In this document: positions 29,814 through 37,846 of the stretch, one piece after another
Numbering within the stretch: the first letter of the stretch is position 1
Layout of the letters: each line of letters begins with the position of its first letter
Origin: Candidatus Moraniibacteriota bacterium
GTDB lineage: Bacteria; Patescibacteriota; Minisyncoccia; Moranbacterales; UBA1568
Assembly (NCBI GenBank): GCA_052034935.1
Contig: JBPOIB010000006.1
Coordinates: 537-64,536 of the forward strand
DNA: 64,000 bases
Direction: 5' to 3'
The notes under the pieces: generated by a model
What the model was told of the DNA's origin: nothing
Databases searched by the model: none
The model's input: only the letters and a program-made list of their open reading frames with translations
Program-made: the position numbers and the translations under genes

Positions 29814-29944
29814 AGCAGCAGGTCCTTCTCGAAGTTGCGCAGGCCCGCGGTCTTGGTGGGGCTGGCGCTCGGGCTCGTCGCGACCAGCGCGGTGGCGATG
29901 CCCAGCTTTGCGTGGGAACGGTTCAGGTTCGGGGGGTCGTGCAT
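29810..29944 (-). CDS. Small ORF (44 aa) resembling the N-terminus of 30390-30746
   Basis: GGAG SD; NRSH...AL...SASP motif; high GC3. Confidence 0.55.
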   Translation of the reverse strand: MHDPPNLNRSHAKLGIATALVATSPSASPTKTAGLRNFEKDLLL

Positions 29945-30067
29945 GGATTGCTCCAGGTTGGTTGCAGGAAATCCCGACGCTATCATCACGAGGATGCGAG
30001 CGGACGGGCAGCTATCGCTTTCAAAGAAAGCAACACTTGTCCGTCCACTCAAATATGTATTGCAGAG

Positions 30068-30167
30068 ATAAAAAGAACTTGATTCGGATAGTAGCAAAGA
30101 TGCATTTACCGTTCAAGTCGTTTTGACTTGAAAAAAGAAAATATCACGTACGACCAAATCTGTCAAT
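30068..30167 (-). repeat. Promoter/leader repeat copy A (TTGACA-17-TATTTT)
   Basis: About 100 bp alignable with 30880-30981. Confidence 0.85.
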
Positions 30168-30187
30168 ATAAAGGTCGGATGCGCTGT

Positions 30188-30226
30188 AAAAAAATGACGC
30201 CCCGGAACCGCAATGGATCCCGGGGC
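30188..30226 (-). terminator. Terminator of unit B
   Basis: gccccgg-gatccattgcggtt-ccggggc followed by a T-tract. Confidence 0.75.
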
Positions 30227-30242
30227 AATCAGCCGGTCGCCG

Positions 30243-30311
30243 CTACCTGGCAGGAGACGATCGTCTTCGATGCCGGTGGGCTTTCTGGCTGGCGTAGCGC
30301 TGTGCAGTCAT
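30243..30311 (-). CDS. Putative 22-aa Arg-rich peptide MTAQRYASQKAHRHRRRSSPAR
   Basis: AAGGAGG SD nine nt before ATG. Confidence 0.45.
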   Translation of the reverse strand: MTAQRYASQKAHRHRRRSSPAR

Positions 30312-30389
30312 GAGTGAAAACCTCCTTCGGGGTTGTGGGTCAGCTCGCTGACCCAGGGTTGACTTGGCGTCGAGCCGGCGCGGCAGCGT

Positions 30390-30746
30390 CTACTGCAGGT
30401 AGGCCTGGCGTCCCGCGGCGGCCACCAGCGCGGCGTTCAGGCCGATGCCCGCGTCGTCGTGCTTGCCAGCGCCCAGGTCGCAGTCGCCGTCGATCTCGTC
30501 GCTCTTGCGCACGCCGCTGAAGCTGCTGATGATCGCCGCCTTGGCCATCGTGCCGGCACCCACCGCGCTCTGCATGCCGCCGTCGCTGATGTAGCTGTTG
30601 CCGCTCTTGACCATCGGATCGATGCCGGCCGGGTCGTTCATGTCGACGAAACGGGTGTTCTTCAGCGCGGCCGAGGGCGAGGCGGAAGCGGCCAGGCACA
30701 GGGCGGACAGGGCCGCCAGGGAAACGTGGGAACGGGAACGGTTCAT
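30390..30746 (-). CDS. Small Gly/Ala-rich protein with possible signal peptide (118 aa)
   Basis: AAGGAG SD; very high GC3; hydrophobic N-terminus. Confidence 0.7.
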   Translation of the reverse strand: MNRSRSHVSLAALSALCLAASASPSAALKNTRFVDMNDPAGIDPMVKSGNSYISDGGMQSAVGAGTMAKAAIISSFSGVRKSDEIDGDCDLGAGKHDDAGIGLNAALVAAAGRQAYLQ

Positions 30747-30879
30747 GGGAGCTCTCCTTGGGGAGTGGTGCGCTCTGCAGGCGCAGGAATCATCCGTCAC
30801 GAGTACGGATGGCAGACACTATCGCTCAAGCTTTCTCGCGACACTGTCTGCCACGCGTCTTCGTGGTTCTCATACACAC

Positions 30880-30981
30880 ATAAAAAGGAACTTGATTCAG
30901 ATACTAACAAAGATGCCAGCACTGTTCAAGCTTTAAAAAACTTGAAAAAAGAGTATAGCACGTTAAACTACCCCTGTCAAT
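30880..30981 (-). repeat. Promoter/leader repeat copy B (TTGACA-17-TATACT)
   Basis: About 100 bp alignable with 30068-30167. Confidence 0.85.
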
Positions 30982-31014
30982 GGTCGACGATGGCTTGTTT
31001 TAGCGCTCTTATAG

Positions 31015-32034
31015 CTAGACGATATCCTTTAGGATACTCTCATAGTCCCCGATTTCGAGGAGAAGCATCAGGACTTTGGCCAGCTTTTTCGAGTCATGCC
31101 GGATGAAGGCGCGGGTCGCTGCGATTTTATCCTCACGCCGGCGGACGATTCGTTCCTCACTGAGAAGGTCAGCCTGGATGACGCGATATGACCGCGGCTT
31201 TTCAGTACGGAGAAATGGGACGATATTCCCCTCTGCAGCGTATTTTTTCAAGAGATGCTTCGGCGGGAGTACGGTATTGTACGTCACGAAGTCAATCCGC
31301 TCACTCCCAATGAGGTGATTGATTGCACCCACATAATCCTCGAGTGTGAAGCTATCTGTCTGGCCGTGTTTGCTGACGAGGTTGCAGTTATAAACCACTT
31401 TCGCCTTCGTCCTCCGCAAAGCTTCGGCAATGCCCGGAACGAGGAAATTTGGAATAATACCGCAGTAATGACTCCCCGGCCCGATAATGACGAGGTCGGC
31501 ATCGAGGATTCGCCTCACCGCGAGCGGATTCGCCTTCGGTTTCGGCTTGAGGGATACTTTTTTTACGCCGACTTTCTCGAATTTCGTATTCACGTTGATC
31601 TCGTGTTCACCAGCGAGGAGCTTGCCATTGGCAAGCTCCATATAGAGACGCGTATCGGAGAGCGTCACCGGAATCACTTCACCCCGTACATTCAGAATCT
31701 GGGAGGCCTCCTTTACTCCGGCACCAAAGTTTCCAGTGATCTTTTCGAGCGCGGAAAGGAGAATATTACCGAAACTGTGGCCCTCGAGACCACCATTGGT
31801 AAAGCGATAGTTCATGAGTTGTCGCAACATGTCTGGCGTCTCAGAAAGTGCGACGAGACACTGTCGAACATCGCCCGGCGGTAAAACGCCGAGTTCATCG
31901 CGTAAGACTCCGGTGGAACCACCATCATCGGCCATCGACACAATCGCCGAGATCTCGATTGGATATTCCTTTAAACCAGAAAGGAGCATGAAGCTCCCCG
32001 TTCCACCGCCGATCGTAACAACCTTCTTTTTCAT
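31015..32034 (-). CDS. yvcK: YvcK/GlmR (UPF0052) family protein
   Basis: IGGGTG, DDGGSTG.LR, PPGDVRQCL and GHSFGN motifs. Confidence 0.92.
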   Translation of the reverse strand: MKKKVVTIGGGTGSFMLLSGLKEYPIEISAIVSMADDGGSTGVLRDELGVLPPGDVRQCLVALSETPDMLRQLMNYRFTNGGLEGHSFGNILLSALEKITGNFGAGVKEASQILNVRGEVIPVTLSDTRLYMELANGKLLAGEHEINVNTKFEKVGVKKVSLKPKPKANPLAVRRILDADLVIIGPGSHYCGIIPNFLVPGIAEALRRTKAKVVYNCNLVSKHGQTDSFTLEDYVGAINHLIGSERIDFVTYNTVLPPKHLLKKYAAEGNIVPFLRTEKPRSYRVIQADLLSEERIVRRREDKIAATRAFIRHDSKKLAKVLMLLLEIGDYESILKDIV

Positions 32035-32083
32035 ATCAAATCCTGACTACCGCACAGATGAAAGTTGCAGCTAAATTTAAGTG

Positions 32084-32154
32084 TCGGAGCACCCGGAATC
32101 GAACCGGGACTATCTGCTCCCAAAGCAGACGTACTACCACTATACTATGCTCCG
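32084..32154 (-). tRNA. tRNA-Pro(TGG)
   Basis: Cloverleaf; anticodon loop TTTGGGA. Confidence 0.93.
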
Positions 32155-32261
32155 AAATGGCTTATTGTTGCCAACTTCTGCATCTTACCCTTTTTCCCCT
32201 TCTGAAAGCAAAATCCCGCCTGAGCAGGATTTCGCCTCTATCTTTTACTTCGTCACCGCCT

Positions 32262-32543
32262 TTATTTCACAGCTTCCTTGAGACCCTTGCCCGCGGTAAA
32301 TTTCGGTACGGTCATCGCCGGAATCATGATCTTGGCCTTGGTCTGAGGATTGATACCCTCACGTGCGGCACGATTCGAGACTTTGAAGGTTCCAAAACCG
32401 GTCATCGTCACTTTATTCCCCTTGCGGAGCTCGCCCGTCACCACATCCTCGAACGCTTCGAGCACGAGCTCGACATCCTTCTTGGAGAGACTAGTCTTGT
32501 CGACGATTCCGTGCACCAATGAATCCTTATTCACATTGCCCAT
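32262..32543 (-). CDS. hup: DNA-binding protein HU
   Basis: GFGTF, R.G.NPQT and VPKFTAGK motifs. Confidence 0.95.
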   Translation of the reverse strand: MGNVNKDSLVHGIVDKTSLSKKDVELVLEAFEDVVTGELRKGNKVTMTGFGTFKVSNRAAREGINPQTKAKIMIPAMTVPKFTAGKGLKEAVK

Positions 32544-32739
32544 AATTGTTCCACCTGCCTTCCTAGTTTTAATTTCGTTCACTTTTGAAAGGAGGATAAT
32601 CTCCTTTCCCCGAGAATAAGCCATAATCGAAAACTTGGCAAGCTTTTTTGGCTCTACTGCGGCATTTCTGTCAAGTCTGTAAAAACAAAATCTAAAGGCC
32701 CTAAGCACTCGTTCCGGGGCCTCGCTTTTTCTAAGACTC

Positions 32740-34266
32740 TTACCTGGCGTACTCGACGGCGCGGGTCTCGCGGAAGACGACAACTTTGATCTCGCCCGGG
32801 TACTGGAGCTCTTCCTGGATGCGTTTGGAGACATCACGGGCGAGAGACATCGCGCCGTAGTCGTCGGTCTTCTCGGGATTCACGAAGATGCGCACCTCTC
32901 GGCCGGCCTGAATCGCATAAGATTTTTCCACCTGCGGGAAGGTATTGATGAGCGATTCGAGCTCTTCGAGGCGCTTGATGTACTTTTCCGCGGTTTCCTT
33001 GCGGGCGCCTGGCCGAGCAGCCGACAGAGCATCAGCCGCCGTCACGATATAGCTCTCGATCGTCGCATGCGGGTATTCGTCGTGGTGCGACTTCATGCCA
33101 TCGATGACGTTCTGGGTGATGCCGAACTTCTCGAGGATGCGCATCCCGATCTTCACGTGCGTTCCTTCGATCTCGTGATCGACGGCCTTGCCAATATCAT
33201 GCATCAAACCAGCCTTGCGAGCCGTCGCAACATCAGCACCGAGCTCAGCCGCAAGTGCGGCTGAAAGATAGGATACTTCGAGTGAATGAAGGAGCACGTT
33301 CTGCTTGTAGCTGTAGCGATAGCGGAGCCGACCGAGGATATAGAGGAGTTTCGGATGAAGTCCCGGGACACCGGCTTCGTAGGCAGCCGCCTCACCAGCT
33401 TCCTTAATCTTGTTGTCTATTTCCTTGCGCCCCTCAGCGACCGCTTCCTCGATACGAGCGGGGTGGATGCGACCATCGCTAATGAGCTTTTCGAGCGCGA
33501 TGCGAGCGACTTCGCGTCGGACCGGATCGAAGCCGGAAATGATGATGGATTCCGGGGTGTCATCGACGATGAGTTCCACTCCGGTTTCTTTCTCCAGCGC
33601 CCGAATGTTCCGACCCTCCTTACCAATGATCTTTCCCTTGATGTCATCTGACGGGATAGTAATAGTCGTCGTCGTAAATTCGGCGACATGGGTGCGGGAA
33701 TACTTCTGAATCACGGTCGCCATGATCTGAAACGAGCGCTTCTCAAGCTCATCATGAGCTTCATTCTCAAGCCGCGTCATCCGAGCCACGAGCGCATCCT
33801 TGCTCTCATCTTCGACGAGCTTCATGATACGTTTCTCGGCTTCTTCACGAGACAGCTGAGCCAAACGCTGAAGTTCTTCGATTTCCTTCTCTTTGAGCGT
33901 TTCGACTTCAGCCTTGATTGCCTGTATTTCCTCCGCCTTGCCGAGCAGTCGCTTCTTTTCGTCTTCGATAGATTTTGCCTCTTTCTCGACCTGCTCTTCG
34001 CGTTTTTCAAGCCGCGATTCAACATGGGCGATTTTTTCTTCCCGGGTTTTTTCGTTCTTTTTTGCTTCTTCGAGAATTTCGACGGCTTTATTCTTGGCAT
34101 CGATCGTCAGCGTGCCAGCCTTCTTTTCGGCCTCGTCGATGATTTTCGCCGCCTGACCTTCTGCGGTCGAAAGCTGCTTCTTGGCGAGGTTCTGGCGAAT
34201 GAGGTAGCCGATGAACGCACCAGCCCCCAGCGAGGCAAGAGCGATCAGAATGATAAGAGGAGTCAT
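32740..34266 (-). CDS. rny: Ribonuclease Y
   Basis: N-terminal TM, coiled coil, KH motif (GKIIGKEGRNIR), HD motif (HDIGKA). Confidence 0.96.
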   Translation of the reverse strand: MTPLIILIALASLGAGAFIGYLIRQNLAKKQLSTAEGQAAKIIDEAEKKAGTLTIDAKNKAVEILEEAKKNEKTREEKIAHVESRLEKREEQVEKEAKSIEDEKKRLLGKAEEIQAIKAEVETLKEKEIEELQRLAQLSREEAEKRIMKLVEDESKDALVARMTRLENEAHDELEKRSFQIMATVIQKYSRTHVAEFTTTTITIPSDDIKGKIIGKEGRNIRALEKETGVELIVDDTPESIIISGFDPVRREVARIALEKLISDGRIHPARIEEAVAEGRKEIDNKIKEAGEAAAYEAGVPGLHPKLLYILGRLRYRYSYKQNVLLHSLEVSYLSAALAAELGADVATARKAGLMHDIGKAVDHEIEGTHVKIGMRILEKFGITQNVIDGMKSHHDEYPHATIESYIVTAADALSAARPGARKETAEKYIKRLEELESLINTFPQVEKSYAIQAGREVRIFVNPEKTDDYGAMSLARDVSKRIQEELQYPGEIKVVVFRETRAVEYAR

Positions 34267-34493
34267 ACTTCAAGAGGCGCTTTTCGGGCGTCGCTCCTGT
34301 TTACGCAATAGTGGCCGCAAAGACCCGGAGCGCGAGGCTCCCGCTTCTCAATACCTTATGAGCGAGCGTTAGATGGGTATAAAGTTGGGTGAAAAACGAG
34401 GGAAATCCGACGAATCATAGCAACCTCTTCTTTGGGACTACTGGAAAAAAGCGACACGTGAAGAGCTGTTTGAGAATTAGTATCTGCAGTCAA

Positions 34494-34522
34494 AGCTTAC
34501 CTCTTTCTCCGGCTTTTGTCAA
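34494..34522 (-). promoter_or_regulatory. Sigma70-type promoter upstream of rny
   Basis: TTGACA-17-TAAGCT. Confidence 0.6.
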
Positions 34523-34575
34523 AAGGCATGAGCTGCTATACTACGCTCTAGAAAGCCAAAAAATAACATAAAATC

Positions 34576-36153
34576 ATGCTTCGACCGCTTGTCCTCATCG
34601 TCCTCGACGGCTGGGGAATCGCCAATACGACCCAGGGCAACCCGATCCGCGAGGCGAAATTGCCGACCTTCGACAAATTCAACCGATTCTACCCAATGAC
34701 CACGCTTCAGGCTTCCGGCATTTCGGTCGGTTTGCCGTGGAATACGGCTGGCAATTCTGAAGTCGGACATATGACCATGGGTGCCGGGCGCATCATCTAC
34801 CAGAACATGCCACGTATCGCCCTTTCTATCCAGGACGGGACTTTCAATACCAACCCCGCCTTCCTCGAGGCGATCGATACCGTCAAAAAGAAAGACTCGA
34901 CCCTTCATCTCATGGGACTCATCAGTCCCGGATCGGTCCACTCCCACAAGGACCACCTCCTGGCATTGCTCCGGCTCGCCAAAGAGCAGGGTTTGAAAAA
35001 AGTAGTTGTCCATGCCTTTATGGATGGGCGGGACTCTCCGCCGACATCCGGTATCGGACACCTCCGCGAACTGACGCGCGAAATACGCCTCGCCGGCATC
35101 GGCGAAATCGGCAGCCTCATCGGCCGCAACTTCGCTATGGATCGCAACAACAACTGGGACCGGGTCGAGAAAGCCTACAATATGCTCACGAAAGGCATCG
35201 GCGAGCGAACCGATGATCCGTTGCTTCATCTCGAACAGTCCTATGCCAAAAACATTACCGATGAGTATATTGAGCCCACTGTCATTGAGAAGAACGGTCA
35301 GCCGATCGGTCTCGTTCAAGACGGCGATGCAGTCATCTTCTTCAACTTCCGTGAGGACCGGGCACGCGAGATTACCAAAGCATTCGTCGTGCCGGACTTC
35401 GACGGCTTCGTCCGGGAAAAGAAGCTCGATATCTACTTCGTGACGATGACCGAATATGAAAAGGGTCTCCCGGTTCACATCGCGTTCCCACCAGAAGAAG
35501 TCACTGACAGTCTCGGCGAAGTCCTCTCAAAAGCCGGGATGCGGCAGCTCCGGATCGCTGAAACAGAGAAATACGCCCACGTTACCTACTTCTTCAACGG
35601 CGGCAACGAAGAGGCCTTCCCGAATGAAGATCGCATCCTCATCCCCTCGCCAAACGTTGCCCATTTCGACGAACAGCCGGAGATGAGCGCACCCGAAGTG
35701 ACCGACACCGTCATCAAGAAGATTCAGGAGAATATCTATGACTTCATCCTCGTGAATTACGCGAACCCGGATATGGTGGGTCACACCGGCAATGAAGAGG
35801 CGTCCATCCAAGCAGTCCAAGCGACCGACAAAAGCCTCTCACGCCTGGTTCCAGCCATTCTCGGAGCTGGCGGCGGTGTACTCATTACTTCGGACCACGG
35901 CAACGTCGAAGAAGTCCTCAATCTCCAGACGGGCGAACGCGATACCGAACACTCGACGAATCCGATTCCGCTCTGGTATATCACGCCGACCAATCACCGC
36001 GAGAAAGCTTCTGAAGAAATGGTGCGCGAGCAGAATGAAGTCCATGGACTCCTTTCCGATGTTGCCCCGACGATTCTCGCTGTCTTTGGGTTGCCCCAGC
36101 CAGAAGCAATGAACGGTTCATCTCTTCTCCCGCTCCTTGACCCGAAAAAGTGA
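34576..36153 (+). CDS. gpmI: 2,3-bisphosphoglycerate-independent phosphoglycerate mutase
   Basis: LDGWG, GNSEVGH, ETEKYAHVTYFFNGG and DMVGHTG motifs. Confidence 0.96.
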   Translation: MLRPLVLIVLDGWGIANTTQGNPIREAKLPTFDKFNRFYPMTTLQASGISVGLPWNTAGNSEVGHMTMGAGRIIYQNMPRIALSIQDGTFNTNPAFLEAIDTVKKKDSTLHLMGLISPGSVHSHKDHLLALLRLAKEQGLKKVVVHAFMDGRDSPPTSGIGHLRELTREIRLAGIGEIGSLIGRNFAMDRNNNWDRVEKAYNMLTKGIGERTDDPLLHLEQSYAKNITDEYIEPTVIEKNGQPIGLVQDGDAVIFFNFREDRAREITKAFVVPDFDGFVREKKLDIYFVTMTEYEKGLPVHIAFPPEEVTDSLGEVLSKAGMRQLRIAETEKYAHVTYFFNGGNEEAFPNEDRILIPSPNVAHFDEQPEMSAPEVTDTVIKKIQENIYDFILVNYANPDMVGHTGNEEASIQAVQATDKSLSRLVPAILGAGGGVLITSDHGNVEEVLNLQTGERDTEHSTNPIPLWYITPTNHREKASEEMVREQNEVHGLLSDVAPTILAVFGLPQPEAMNGSSLLPLLDPKK

Positions 36154-36351
36154 CTTGACCCCGTTAGCAATGAAAGGTTTCTGGGAATTAAAAAGCATCA
36201 CCTCCTTATCCTGTTTTGTGGCTTGATTTAAAGAAAAAAGTGTTAAAATATATTTCTCACGGGGTTTGACGAATCGTCCGTTTCAGGCTACAAAAGGAAG
36301 GCTTCACGCTCGTTCCGCCAGCCGGCGGATCAGTGGATAGAAATATAGTAT

Positions 36352-36424
36352 GCGCTCGTAGCTCAGTGGATAGAGTACCTGGCTTCGAACCAGAGGGTCG
36401 GGGGTTCGATTCCCTCCGAGCGCA
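36352..36424 (+). tRNA. tRNA-Arg(TCG)
   Basis: Cloverleaf; anticodon loop CTTCGAA. Confidence 0.93.
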
Positions 36425-36431
36425 CAAGTGA

Positions 36432-36601
36432 ATGAAATGAACGCGGGTGTTCGGAGCAAGCCGGCTGCCTGGCTTGCGAAGGGATGAGAAAGGCGGAACG
36501 CTGTTTCGCAAGCATGCGAAACCGTGAGCTGGGGGCGCAGAAATTCATGAGCGACGGCGAGTGAATTATCCGTGGCCGATTCCCTCCGAGCGCACAAGTG
36601 A
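36432..36601 (+). mobile_element. Non-coding element ending in a duplicate tRNA-Arg 3' end (copy 1)
   Basis: 25-bp direct repeat at 36407-36431 and 36577-36601; interior homologous to 37433-37580. Mobility is inferred. Confidence 0.6.
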
Positions 36602-36616
36602 TACAACCAAAAGACT

Positions 36617-36706
36617 GGAGGAGTGGCCGAGCGGTTGAAGGCAACAGTCTTGAAAACTGTCGTACCAGAAATGGTATCGTGAGTTCGAATCTCACCTCCT
36701 CCGCCA
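36617..36706 (+). tRNA. tRNA-Ser(TGA)
   Basis: Long variable arm; anticodon loop CTTGAAA; encoded CCA. Confidence 0.95.
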
Positions 36707-36810
36707 ATCATAAAAAGAGCTGCCCTTGCGCGGTTCTTTTTTATTTAATCCGACTTGAGCACTCAGAAATAATCCAAAGTTTATGGTATAGTGAGAAAAA
36801 AGGAATCTCT

Positions 36811-37293
36811 ATGCAATCACGACCTGTCTCTGGCACCCCGCTCATCGTCTGGCGCGCGCCAGAACATATCCATCTGCGACCCAACCCGCGCGGCCTGATG
36901 ATCGCTACTATCGCGCTCGCCCTCATCATTGCGTACGCTGTCTTCACCAACAGCCCGCTCATGGCGATTACCTTCATCCTTTTTGGAGTAGTCGGCTACC
37001 TCTTCGTCACCCGCGATCCGCGCGAATTTGAGTTTGCCATCACTGACAAAGGCATCGTCGGTGGCAAGACACTCTATGCCTTTGAAGATCTGAACTCCTT
37101 CTTCATCTACGAAGAGCCACCGCTCGAAGGAGTCCTCAGCATTCACTCAAATGGTATGCTCGCCCCCTATATCCACATCCCGATTGCCGGAATCGACGAC
37201 CAGGAGATTCGGGAAATCCTTCAGAACTTCCTCCCTGAGGAAAAGCACGAACCAACCATCATTGACACCCTCGAGAAAATGCTGCATATTTGA
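36811..37293 (+). CDS. Membrane protein with PH-like soluble domain
   Basis: W.APE, two TM helices, ITDKGI motif; pattern common in CPR. Confidence 0.75.
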   Translation: MQSRPVSGTPLIVWRAPEHIHLRPNPRGLMIATIALALIIAYAVFTNSPLMAITFILFGVVGYLFVTRDPREFEFAITDKGIVGGKTLYAFEDLNSFFIYEEPPLEGVLSIHSNGMLAPYIHIPIAGIDDQEIREILQNFLPEEKHEPTIIDTLEKMLHI

Positions 37294-37357
37294 TTGGTCC
37301 TGAAGCCGTTCCCAGTAAGCATTTTGATGCTGTGATAAGCCTCAGTGGCCATTTTTT

Positions 37358-37430
37358 GCGCTCGTAGCTCAGTGGATAGAGCATCTGGTTGCGGTCCAGA
37401 GGGTCGCAGGTTCGATTCCTGCCGAGCGCA
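37358..37430 (+). tRNA. tRNA-Arg(GCG)
   Basis: Cloverleaf; anticodon arm TCTGG-TTGCGGT-CCAGA. Confidence 0.92.
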
Positions 37431-37432
37431 CA

Positions 37433-37580
37433 TCGGAGCAAGCCAACTGTTTGGCTTGCGTCAGGAGTCGAAAGGCGGAGTGATGCACGAGTTTGCGAAG
37501 CAAGGCGAGTGCCACGAGCCGGGGTCGAGAGAAATTTCCGTCAGGGAATTTACTCGTGACCGATTCCTGCCGAGCGCACA
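37433..37580 (+). mobile_element. Non-coding element ending in a duplicate tRNA-Arg 3' end (copy 2)
   Basis: 20-bp direct repeat at 37413-37432 and 37561-37580; homologous to copy 1. Mobility is inferred. Confidence 0.6.
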
Positions 37581-37597
37581 CGTGCGATTGTCGAACT

Positions 37598-37669
37598 GTC
37601 CTCGTCGTATAATGGATAAGACATCGCCCTCCGAAGGCGGAAATGCAGGTTCGATTCCTGCCGAGGACA
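37598..37669 (+). tRNA. tRNA-Arg(CCG)
   Basis: Cloverleaf; anticodon loop CTCCGAA. Confidence 0.92.
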
Positions 37670-37734
37670 CAACCATGCAGACCTCAGGTCTGCTATACCA
37701 AGAAAATCTTCCTAAAAAATGAATGAAACGTCCC

Positions 37735-37804
37735 TTGACTGAGGCGTTTTTTTCGTATATAGTGATGCCGCACGTCACCCGATGACGGAGCTGGCTCTTT
37801 ACAA
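37735..37804 (+). promoter_or_regulatory. Promoter with hairpin and boxA-like motif
   Basis: TTGACT-17-TATAGT; cgtca/tgacg hairpin; GCTCTTTACAA at 37794-37804. Confidence 0.65.
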
Positions 37805-37846
37805 AAAGAATACTTTTACCAACCCTCCGATAGAAGGAGACCGACA

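Noticed and set aside
29187-31106. Plus-strand ORFs of 294 and 215 aa across the twin units
   Set aside because: Promoters, SD sites, terminators and GC3 bias all point to the minus strand.
34519-35478. 319-aa minus-strand ORF
   Set aside because: Shadow of gpmI.
36407-37580. tRNA 3' repeats as attL/attR of a prophage or as a CRISPR array
   Set aside because: Only 128-145 bp lie between the repeats, there are two copies each, and no integrase or cas gene is in the window.
36304-37722. ORFs overlapping the tRNA genes, including the N-terminal extension from 36598
   Set aside because: They read through tRNA sequence and are artefacts.
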